Shown: one piece after another, positions 37,280 through 48,115 of the stretch | Numbering within the stretch: the first letter of the stretch is position 1 | Layout of the letters: each line of letters begins with the position of its first letter | From: Oikopleura dioica | Taxonomy: Eukaryota > Animalia > Chordata | Reading direction: 5' to 3' | DNA: 64,000 nucleotides | Assembly (NCBI GenBank): GCA_907165135.1 | Contig: OU015566.1 | Span: 5,580,001 to 5,644,000 of the forward strand | Made by a program: the position numbers and the translations under genes | Notes under the pieces: generated by a model | What the model saw: the letters and a program-made list of their open reading frames with translations, nothing else | The model's database searches: none | Told to the model about the DNA's origin: nothing

Positions 37280-38936
37280 TCACTTCAACAGGCACTGAAG
37301 ATGGTATCAAACCGAAAACGTTCTGCCGAAATCTACTAATTAACTCATCAACATTTATCTGAAAGATGTCATTTACAAACTCATATCTAATATATATAAG
37401 AAATTCGTAAGGTTGTACGATACCTTTACAATTTTATCAATTTTATGCCATTCTATCTGGGTAACTGGTTTATATAAAAGTGTCCAAGCAGTCCACCAAT
37501 CACAAGATAAAAAGATCCAAAGTGAATGAAAAGCGAACATCCCTGTTGATATTTGCTGCTGAGCGGCAAAGCCAGGAGAACCAGCATCTTAGTTAAGTCA
37601 GATCCTAAGAGTTTCGAAATCAATTTTTACTTACATAAACGGGGCGACATTCTTTGCGAGCCGCGTCTTACATATCCCATTTGAAAAACTCCACGTCTTC
37701 CTGAAAGATCAGTAGTTAGTCCGAAGTCACAAAGTTTCGGAACACTGCCAAACATCAAAATATTTTCCATTTTCAGGTCGTAATGATAAATGGTTAGAGA
37801 CCGCAAATACTCAATTGCACTTGAAATCTCGATTGATATTTTTTGGCGAGCATGAACATCCAATTCCTCAACTATGCGTTCGCCATCATCATCATGCTCA
37901 TTGCCTTGTGGCTCAAGTTTTTCTCGAAGTGTTCCATCTGCTTTTTCCATTATAGTTATCCAGCCTACACAATCCTGCTGTATCTTATCAGAATCATGAT
38001 AAAGCTCGACATTGACAAAATTTTGAACAATATTATTGTGGAAAGGGATCTTGAGATCGTCATCTTTATCAATATACGCGTTTCCATTACGGTCATGGTT
38101 TATAGAAAACATCTTTATGAAGTTTTGAATGATACTTGAAGCAGCCTTAATTATTTTTTAAAACAATTTTTTACAATCAACAACTTAAATATTTTACATA
38201 ATAATTAAAATTGAGCATAATCATCTTCTTCCTTGTCTATTTGTATTTTAAAATTCTTAGGAATATTTAGCTCTTTCTTAATTATTCTTTTTGTAAAACC
38301 TCGCTTGTTTCTCATTACCATTTCATTTTTGACATCAAAGTTAATTTTTTCAGTAGCTTGCTCAAAGTCTACAAAAAAAATTAGAAATTTTAAAATACGA
38401 TTATTATTACCGCATGACAAATGAATTTCATGATGAGTCCTTTCATACGAGAATTTTTCTGTGAAAAGCAATGGATCAAAATTTTGAACACGTATTGCCA
38501 ACTCAAGTCCATCAAAATTTTCACCGAGGACTAATGCTTCCCCGCCTTCTCTTAAGACTGACAATTCTCGATTGTCAATTTTCCATGTTCCATATTCTTC
38601 TTCCATGTCCCAGCGATCGATGCGAATATTCACAAGATGAGGATTCTCCGCAAGAATATGTTTTTGAAATTTCGTAATCTCAACAACTGCGAGCTTTTTT
38701 TCATCGGCATCAAACAAATGCAATTTGTCTCCGGCAAAAATCATAAATCGCCACCTGTTAGCAATCAATATTGGTGCGGGAGAATACGGGGAAAAATCGT
38801 ATCTTTCGATTGACGAAATAACCTGGCATTTTGGAGTTTTCGTGGACTCTCTCTTCAGCTTTGGTATATTTTCTGCCAGCCATCGTCTTACTCGGTTTCT
38901 GCTTAGTTCTTGTGGGAAATTTTCTTGAAGTGACAT
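37280..38936 (-). CDS. Divergent non-RD protein kinase, multi-exon
   Basis: LREGGEALV Gly-loop-like motif, AIRV (R at the VAIK lysine), FHNNIV, ITIMEKADG hinge, HYDLKMENIL, CDFG, YAGSPGFAA. Confidence 0.8.
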
Positions 38937-39586
38937 CAAATTGAAAAAATCATGAAACCTACAAGGACGTTTTTGAGAAAGGAGAACTTTTGATGATTGA
39001 CTTGTCGCCTTTTCGTTCTTGAATACAGTTTAATGCGTACAATATTTGACTCTCAGCTTTTAAATTTTTTGTTTTTTTATTTTAAGAGGCGTCACAAGTT
39101 CTCAAAGCCGACTAAGTCTCTTGCAATGAATCCTACAGTCCATTCAGCAGAAAGAATCGCACGATTTTTGCGATTGCGCATCGTTTTACGTCATAAGGTT
39201 CGTAAAGAATGACATTGGTGTAATGATTACATATGTTATGTTATATCTATAAAATGTTTTTCGATAACTCCAACAGAACTTGCATGCAAAATAGATGTTA
39301 TTTATAAGTTTTTGAAAAACCATGGTTTTCGGATAATTCGAATCTGAAAATTTTTTTACTCTGGAATATTCGAAACGTTAAATCAACAGAAGCTGATAGC
39401 TGCAAGCTAGTAGCTATAAAGTTCACACACCAAAAATGTAATGAAATCAAGCGTCAAATCCGCCGTTTTGTCCTCAACTCTTTCTTCTTATTTCGGTCCT
39501 TTCAGATCTCTTCCGTAAAACAATATTTATACTTCTTTGTAAAAAAAAACTCGACAATCTTACAGATTTCTCGGCTCAGACCAACA

Positions 39587-41824
39587 ATGAGAGAATTTGG
39601 TCCCGCAACATTATTTTTCGGTGCCTTTTTTAGGATTTCTAATGCTCAATTTGAAACACTAGATTTTCTCTTTGACCTCAATGAGAAACGGCCAGAGTTT
39701 TCTCCAGCTGATAGAATCGAGCTCAATCTCGACGAAGGGACCCTTATCGGCTACGAGACGACCTCACAAGTTTTGCGAGGCACAAAATACCAGTTTTTCA
39801 AGCAGATTCCTTATGCAAAGTCTCCCGAGGGCTCCCGCCGTTTTCGAAAGCCAGAGCCGATCGAGCAATTCGAAGGAGGAGTTTACGATTCTGTTTCCCC
39901 AGGAAAAGCAATAAACGCCTGCCCTGGGTACTCTTTTGGGCCTGATGCGCTTTTACCCGCGCTAGAAGATGGCGTCATTACCGAAAACTGTCTTGCCATG
40001 GACATTTATCGCCCGGCGAGGACTAACAAAACAGATCTTCCAATTTTTATCTGGATTCACGGAGGAGGTCTCTTTTCCGGAACATCAGCGTACTATCACT
40101 TCGCCCGGTTGGCGCAAGAAGACATCATCATTGCAGCGATTCAATACAGACTCGGTATTCATGGCTTTCTCAGCTCTTACAGTCCTGATGGACTGACGGA
40201 TACTCCTGGTAATTTCGGACTCTTGGATCAGCAAGCAGCGATTGAGTTTGTTCACCGAAACGCTAGAAACCTCGGAGGCGATCCGAATAAAATAACCATC
40301 GGTGGGGAGTCTGCTGGCGCCTGGTCCGTAGGGTTCCAGTTGCTAAGTGACAAATCAGCGGGTATGATCAAAACTGCTATTTCTCAATCTGGCTTGGCAA
40401 CCTTTGACATGTCCCCACAAGAGTCAGAATATGGAAATATGGCGATAAAGAACCTCTGCGAGAAAACAAGCTCGATGATTGACTCTCCCTTGAACTGCTC
40501 AGAAAGCACTGAAGAAATTGTTGATCAATTCCGTGGCTTGAACACGACTGAAATTCTGAAGCTTCAATTAGCGGACCAAGCATGTTTGTTGGAATTTCCG
40601 AATCATCCGGATTGGGCACCAGTTGCTTTCGATGGAGAGTTCTTTACGGAAAACGCGAAGAAAAAACTCGAAGAAGGAAGAGTAGCAGAAAACGTCAATT
40701 ATGTGATTGGAGCAAATTCGTTTGAAGGAAGCTTGATTTGGTACATTCTCTTGGGTTACTATGGAGATGCTGCCGTCACTACATATGCTTAGGGATCCTC
40801 GAACTCGGATAACTTTCTAAATATTTTTTATATTACCACTCATTCGATTGACATTAGTTGAATCCTTATGAAGATGATCGACTGAAAGTCTTCGACAATC
40901 TTGCTGGCTACAACCTCGCTAATGATGAAATAACAACAAGCAAACGCGTGAGATTTATCCCAGAAGAAGACCGAGAAGAAGTCTTTGAAAACTATTTCAG
41001 GAAATTGATATTTACTAAAAACTAACTGTCAGTTTTGACCGTTTTCATATCGTATGAACAGACTCATGAGCGACGAACCGTGGTTGAACTGTGATGACAT
41101 CAAAAACTGCACCGCTCAAGAGTACCAGATTTTAGCTGCAAAGATCATGGGTGAAATGGCCTTTGTTCTTCCATCTTTTGAGCATGCTCTTCTTTACTCT
41201 GACCAATCCGCAGAAGTTTCAGTTTATTATCTGAATGTCGATATGCTCTACGATGCGTTTATTTAGGGTTTCCAATCGATTAAAAATCATTAAGTCTATC
41301 AGTTGAAAACCGATCAAAGGGAGACATCATTTCCCATTCCAGCAGCTGGCCATGCTGAAGACCTCATGTTCATGATGGATGTTCCAAATATGGAGGTAGA
41401 ATATGATGAAGGAAGCGTTAATTTGACTCTCTGGGAAATTCTTCACAGCCCTTCCGAAAATCCATATCCGCCAAAAGAATATATGATTCAAATGGCAGAC
41501 ATCTTCATCAACCATTGGGCTTCTATCATCAAGGTTTGAAATCAATCTTTGGAGGGAGCTCTAGAATTCTCTGTTTCGCTAAATTTGTATTCTCAGAGCG
41601 GAAAACCCGAATCGTCTTGGAATCAGTTCACCCGCGAAAACATGAATTATGTTGAATGGACCAACAACGACACCCATGCTCTGGAAGTCATGCACTCTGG
41701 CCTTCCACCAACAATCAAATATATGATTGAAACTTATGGTCCTCAAGAGACGAGTTCGGCCTTCCCTGTATCCAACTGTATCCTGCTAGTTTTACTAACC
41801 CTGACTCTTTCCATAACTTTCTAA
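39587..41824 (+). CDS. Type-B carboxylesterase/cholinesterase-like protein, secreted and probably GPI-anchored
   Basis: Signal peptide; ENCL, WIHGGG, YRLG, GNFGLLDQ, GESAG (Ser), NSFEG (Glu), GHAEDL (His); hydrophobic C-terminus CILLVLLTLTLSITF*. Confidence 0.92.
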
Positions 41825-41871
41825 CTATAATAAATTATTATTAATAATAGAAGTCTCGATATCCGTCTTAT

Positions 41872-44800
41872 TTATTCGCCACTTTTAAAATAGCACAGAG
41901 GAGAGAATTTTTCAGTTGGATCGAATTTCTTGACCTCCTTATTCGCTGACATAGCACAGCACTCATCTTCTCGGCAAAAAGTTGGGCTCCAAACTTCATG
42001 CTTAAAATTTTCAGCGAAATATTTCTTTGAATTTCATACATTTCGAAGAGATATAAAGTCGATCTCAGTAACGTTCAAAAACTTCAAAACATTTGGGTCT
42101 GAGACTCGCTCGGCTAATGATTTCATGGAAGCCATCATGATCGGAGGCACAATGGCGCACGCTTGATCCATTGGTAGCATCATGAGGTAATTGAAGTGGA
42201 GGTTTGGTTTGCACTCGTACATGGCAATCTTTTATAGGGTCTTATGAAAATATCTATCAGTTGAGCATTCGTTATGGATAGGGATTCTCACGGAAAAAAA
42301 ATTGTACTCAATTTTCGTGAAACTTTCACACTAGATCTAATTTTTTCCGCTGATTCTAAATATGCAAAAATCATTGTCAAATTCTGAGGTAGTGGCAAGC
42401 TATAGCCTATAGCCGATAAGATCGGTAGGTGGTAAGCCCTAGTATTTGGTTCGTTTTGGAAGTAATCCTTGACTATGAGTTGGCTAATTCTTAGCAAACG
42501 GGTAGCTTACCACTTCCGGGAGCTTTTTTGTTCAGATAACCCGCCGTTATTTGTGACAGATTCCCTACAGTAAGTCAAAGTGTGCACCCACCGAGATTAT
42601 GGGGCGCGCTCATGTTTTTCATGGGCCTCCCGCGGAGCGCGTAAAGCACTACCGCGCCGTCACTTTCAGTCAATCATCGGTTGGTTTCAGAGGTTCTAGG
42701 GCTCCCCCGGTTTTCAAACTTACATATGTTCTAAAGAAAGGTCTTTTTTTGAACATATATAAAAATCAGAACTTAAAAAGGTTGGTTAGGGCTTCAAAAT
42801 GTAGAGAAACCAATTTTTGGGCCGCGCTCGCCGTGCAATGCACTATCGCGCCGCCACCAAGACTCGATCAACGGGACATTTGAAAGCCTTCTAGTTTTTC
42901 CCCGGTCTTCAAACTATGAGTCATAGTCTATGACAGACTCTAGAAAAACGTCTGTTCTTTGACATATCTCAAAATCAGAGATTCAAAAGGTCGGTTAGAC
43001 ACATAGAAAGCCGGTTTTCTTTGGATTTTCGAGAAAACTTCGCTTTTTTGATGAAAATTTACGTTTTTGAGGTCAATTTATGAACAAGCGTCATTTTTTC
43101 ATAAATTCAGAGGTTTTTCACTGAAATTCTTTCAAGTTACGCGAAATAGATTGCCGATTCGGCTTCATTTTATCCAAAAGCTTCATTCTATCCAAAGCTT
43201 CATTTTATCCAAATACTTCATTTCATCCAATTTTTTGGATAAAATGAAGCAATTGGATAAAATGATGCTTTTGGATAAAATGAAGCCCAATTTTCAAAAA
43301 ACCAGAAATTGGATAAAATGAAGCCTCTGGATAAAACGAAGACAAATTTTTTCATGTTCTTATTTGGATAAAATGAAGCATCGGGCTTTAATGAACCTTT
43401 TTTTCTGAGAATAACAATTTTTATAAATTGTCTCTGAGACCGATCAATTATAGGACGTTTTCAAAGAAACACCTAATGATTAAAAGTTATATTCAACAAC
43501 AAATTTATACGAATTTTTGTAATAAAAATAACAAAAACCAACCAAGCGAACTTACGGATGACCGTCCTCGACCTTGTAAAAGTATTGTCAGTGTCGATTC
43601 CAGAGTTCCAAAAAACGCAAAATTCTCGCGTGCGCGTGCGTGCGGAGAAATTTAAAATTTCGCGTGCGCGTGCGTGCGCGTGCGGAAACGACTTTCGAAC
43701 ACGCGTGCGCACGCGTGCGTGATCATGCGCGTGCGCAAAAAGGGATAGAATTGTCGAATTTTAGCTTTTTTTAGCCTCTCTAATTTTTTAAATCGTTAAG
43801 TATAGAACAATTATTGCTAAAAACAAATCAAAATTGTTTTAAAACATACGAAAACCAAAAATTTTATGTATTTGAATCCACTCTGGAAATTTTTCGGCAA
43901 AAATTTCCTAAAAACGCCAAATTTTCTAGGATTTGGAGCACGCGCACGATCACGCACGCGAGCGCGATCCCAATCTTCGCGTGCGCGTGCGTGCGCGTGC
44001 GCAACAATTTTCAAAATCCGCGTGCGAGTGCGTGTTTTGGAACTCTGGTCGATTCTAACATGAGGTTGACTGGTTGGGCACGGGAGATACGAGAATCTGA
44101 GCGACGGTGGCTTTCAAGGCCTTTTCTGAAAATCAGGTACTCTTGATAAAGGGTTGAAAATAATTTGAAGGGGATAAATCCATGATGTACATTAAGATCT
44201 CGACGAGACGATCATTTTTATGTATCGCATGCCATGATAGCTCAGGCGACATGAAAACGCGCCTTATTATAAAGGACAAAAAATGAACTTATGATTGATG
44301 ATAAATTATGATTCTTCAAAATCAATCTTTATAGAATTTAGAAGAAAAAATTTTTTCGAAAAATTTACTGAGAGGGGGGTCGAGAAGGATCACAAAAACA
44401 AAGACATATCAATCTTTCTTATTTTCTTCTTGAAAAGCACAGCTTCATTTTATCCAATTGCTTCATTTCATCCATTTTTTCCGTTCGAAATAAAAGTGGC
44501 TTCATTCTATCCATTGACTTCATTTTATCCAAAACTTCATCCTATCCAATGACTTCATTTTATACAATGGCTTCATTTTATCCAATTTCCGGGATTTTTG
44601 AAAATTGGGCTTCATCTTATCCAAATGCATCATTTGATCCAATTGCTTCATTTTATCCGAAAAAAAATTTGGATGAAATGAAGTATTTGGATACAATGAA
44701 GCTTTGGATAAAATGAAGCTTTCGGATAAAATGAAGCCGAATCGGTCAATTTATGAACAAGCGTCATTTTTTTTCATAAATTCAGAGGTTTTTCACTGAA

Positions 44801-45447
44801 ATTCTTTCAAGTTACGCGAAATAGATTGCCATCATTTTGGGCGAGAAGCGCCTCGCCGCGCGCCGTTTTTCCGTGAGAATCCCTAGTTATGGACCTTTTC
44901 CTGGTCTCCCTTGAGAAAAGTCACACATTTTTTCTTACTGTCGTAAGCCATACTCGGGCTCATTTCCATATAATCGGCGTTCCGTGTTTCTCTTGCCAAA
45001 GATCCAAAAATTTCTGTGCGCGTCTAAGAATTCTTCACTATCCCTAAATATCGCTTTTGCAATTGAAATATTAGCAAGTTTAGAGCCAGCTTCTTCGCAG
45101 TACTCTTTGCTTTCAGCTCGAGTTTTCCGCTCGCGGCCTTGAAAAAAAATATTCAAAAAATTTTCTAATTAAGCTTTACTTGTGAACCAGACGAGTCCTT
45201 CAGGAGTTGTGCATTTTCGCAGCGGGTGGGAGCATTCCGGAAAGATAAAATTCAATGCTGTCAGAGTGCTTACAATCGCCAAGAAAAAGAATGAAACTCG
45301 AAAGCTCCATTTTCTCGGAGTAAATCGTCCTGTTTGCACTTTTTCATCTTCTTCATTAGTGCTCACAGTTTGAGATTCAGTCATTTGTTTGGTCGAAGAG
45401 ACGACGGTCTCTTTAAAAGTATTTTCCATCGTAGCTTCTTTAGACAT
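41872..45447 (-). CDS. Type II membrane C-type-lectin-like protein interrupted by a hAT element
   Basis: Cytoplasmic N-terminus, TM VSFFFLAIVSTLTALNFIF, KTRAESKEYCEEAGSKLANI, and a Cys-containing last exon ending FSPLCYFKSGE*; middle frame unresolved. Confidence 0.55.
43156..44743. mobile_element. Foldback element with arrays of GCTTCATTTTATCCAA, flanked by an 85-87-bp direct repeat
   Basis: Ends GATTCGGCTTCATTTTATCC / GGATAAAATGAAGCCGAATC; direct repeats at 43071-43155 and 44744-44830. Confidence 0.9.
43601..44047. mobile_element. hAT-type MITE with (GCGT/ACGC)-rich interior
   Basis: TIR CAGAGTTCCAAAA; perfect 8-bp TSD GTCGATTC. Confidence 0.95.
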
Positions 45448-45501
45448 GAACGTCGATATAAGACGGCAAAATGAGAGCTTAAATGTTGAAGCACAAGTCT
45501 C

Positions 45502-46000
45502 TCAGCCGTGAAACACTGTCCTATCAACTTGATACCAGTAATTATTATGAACAACAGAGGCTCTTTTACTAAAGTAATGTTTATTGGAAAGCTTTTGCTC
45601 GAATACAATAACCAAAGGAATCATTATTCTGATTCGTTTTTACCGCAATATTTTTCGATTCAACGACCGAAAAGTTCTCGGTTTTCAACGAGAAAATTCG
45701 CTGTGAACGGTAAGGGAAAAAGGAGCGCGCTGATAAACAATCTTGTCATAATAAATTTGACTTTGAGTTTCGGAGAGCCGGAGAATTATCAAGAGACTTA
45801 CATTAGCGAGAAAATAAAAGAATTGAGAAGACCTTTGCCTTTGGAATCATAACGACGTATGAGATGGAAAAATATTCTGACGAAATGTCGATAGAACGCG
45901 TGGATAGGAGGATAAGATTTTTGAAACTTGTTGAGTATTTTTCTTATGGAATTGTTTTTTCACTCTCAATTTGTTACCATGTTACTTTGCAGTCACCAGT
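45502..46000 (-). CDS. Unidentified gene, weakly reminiscent of LETM1-domain (LETMD1-like) proteins
   Basis: Segments KFQKSYPPIHAFYRHFVRIFFHL, LFPLPFTANFLV, FEQKLSNKHYF; stop lies 55 bp before the lectin-like ATG; resemblance from memory only. Confidence 0.3.
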
Positions 46001-46229
46001 GCTCATCTTTTCTGGTAAAAAACAGAGTTTCTGACCGGTTTTAATGCTGACTTCAAGGCGCTTTGACGATTCTTTGTGCTGTCTTCATAAGAAAAAAATT
46101 GACGAAAATGAATTGATTCCACTATCTTCCGTAAAAACCCCTCCCTGCTCCACTGCAATAACTTTTCGATTTTTACTCAAACTAAAAATCAAATTTCAGA
46201 AAAATGGAATCGAGACAAAAATGCAAAGA

Positions 46230-48054
46230 ATAATGAAAATTAATAAGCAACTAAATCTTTGTTATCTTACTGGCATTGCTGCTACAGGTCATTGGTTACT
46301 ATGATTAATATAATTTTAAACAACTAAAATGAGTCATTTTAAATGACCATGAAAAAGTCTTCCTTTTCACAAAGCTAACTGAAAAGAAATTCACGATTAA
46401 TGATCCCTACAGCATAAATTATCCTGACCAAAGAAACTTCAGTCCAATTTGGTCGAATTCTCTAGGAGAAACCGATCTATTTGTCGGCATTCCAACTGTC
46501 AAAAGAGCTGCGGAAAGCTACCTCAGAGGTACTGGAAAGTTCTTCTTTCCAAATCAACATGAAATATGTTTTAAGACACACTGACTTCAATAAAGAATGA
46601 TTTGAGGACCTTCAAAGATTCAGAAACCTTCAAAATCTCGATTGTTCTTTTTGTCGGAAAAAGTGACAAAAATTATTTCGACGAACTTGTGGAAGAATAT
46701 CAAGATGACCTGAGGATCGCTCATTGCTCCGCTCGCTCGCTCGCTCGCTCCGCTCTGAAATTTTTTCGAGTCGAACAACTCGTCGCTTGCTCCGTTATTT
46801 TTTTTCGAAAATTTCAACCCTTGCTTAGTGACGATTTCGCGATTCTTATGGCTCCTGATGATTATTACCACAAATATCTTGTCAAGCCGATAAGGTTCGT
46901 ATTGTGAATATTCAATAAAATAAGCCCAAAAAAGCCCGACTTTTGGCGATTCCATGGAGCGAATGTTCTGGCGAACGATGCAAGCTCTCGACTACATTTT
47001 CCTCTGGGAAAGCGCCATCGATTTTCCACTTTATCTTCAACTCGAAGACGACGTTCTAGTCAGCCCTGGTTTCTTCCATTTCATCAGCGGTCATTTGAAA
47101 AGCCTTGAAAACCGAAGAGATTGGTTTTCACTCGAGTTTTCGCCGCTTGGCTTCATTGGCAAAATGTTCAATAAAGAAAGTTTGCAGGCGCTGACGCAGT
47201 ACAGCAAGTTATTTTTTGACGTGAAGCCGATTGATTGGATTTATTGGAGTTATATCAGAATGAAAGTTTGTTCTCCGGAGGTGACGAATCTTTTTCAACT
47301 CGAAAAAAACATTAACTTTTAAGTGGGACAAAGACAGATGCGAACGGGAACTTCGAAAAATTGTGATTCCCTGCAGCTCAAGAATTCCACTCCTCAGACA
47401 TATTGGCTCGATTTCATCCCTCGACGGAAAAGTCCAGAATCTAGTTGACAGGCCGCAAGGAAACCCCGAAGTTTCGAAACTCCGTTGCACTGATAACATC
47501 GACTTATCAGAATTGAAAGCAATTTACTAGTAAGTTTTCTTCCTTGATTCCAGTTTCAAAATACTCTTTAGCTCTTCGAAAACAATTAAAGTTTTTTCAA
47601 TGAAAGACAAGAAAACAACAATTGAAATTTCATTCCGCCACCTTCAGTCGCCAGAAAAGCTCATTTTTTACCATGGCTCCTCCCAAAAGCTTCCTGGCGA
47701 GCTGAGTAATCAATCCAAATCGAAAATTCCTTACACAACAAAGATATATGCAGATATTTATGGAGAGGGATGGAAACATGTTCTGGACTTTTTCCAGTGC
47801 AATCACGGGAAAGGGCTTAGATTATTTTCAGAGATCTTCAGACTTCTAAGAGTAACAACTTTTTTCTACAAGAAGTCTCTTTCTTGAAATCAAGCCCGAC
47901 GAAAAGATCCAAAACAACGACACTTGGTGTTAAAACCTCTTGCTCGATGAACAAACTAAGTTCCGAAAAAACTATCATCAAAGCAATCAAAATCGAAGTC
48001 TCGAGCGATCATGAACCTTTTCTTCTTCATAAAATTGACATCTTTAGATCATAA
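46230..48054 (+). CDS. MGAT4: MGAT4-like alpha-1,3-mannosylglycoprotein GlcNAc-transferase (GT54), paralog 1; 5' end and one junction unresolved
   Basis: LFVGIPTVKR, WRTMQALDY, YLQLEDD, LEFSPLGFIGKMF, KPIDW, HIGSISSLDGK; last exon ends FLLHKIDIFRS*. Confidence 0.8.
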
Positions 48055-48115
48055 CCAGAAAATTCCTTCTGAGTTGTTTTTTTTTTATGATGAACATTAT
48101 TACAATTATTCTAAA

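Larger units (their letters stand above)
42279..44885. mobile_element. Non-autonomous hAT element (2.6 kb) hosting nested elements
   Basis: TIR TAGGGATTCTCACGGAAAAA at both ends; perfect 8-bp TSD GTTATGGA (42271-42278, 44886-44893). Confidence 0.95.

Noticed and set aside
42288-42497. Transposase fragment within the 2.6-kb hAT element
   Set aside because: 69-codon ORF with no recognisable BED, DDE or dimerisation motif
43428-44146. ORFs rich in R/A/C/V residues
   Set aside because: Translations of the (GCGT)n MITE interior
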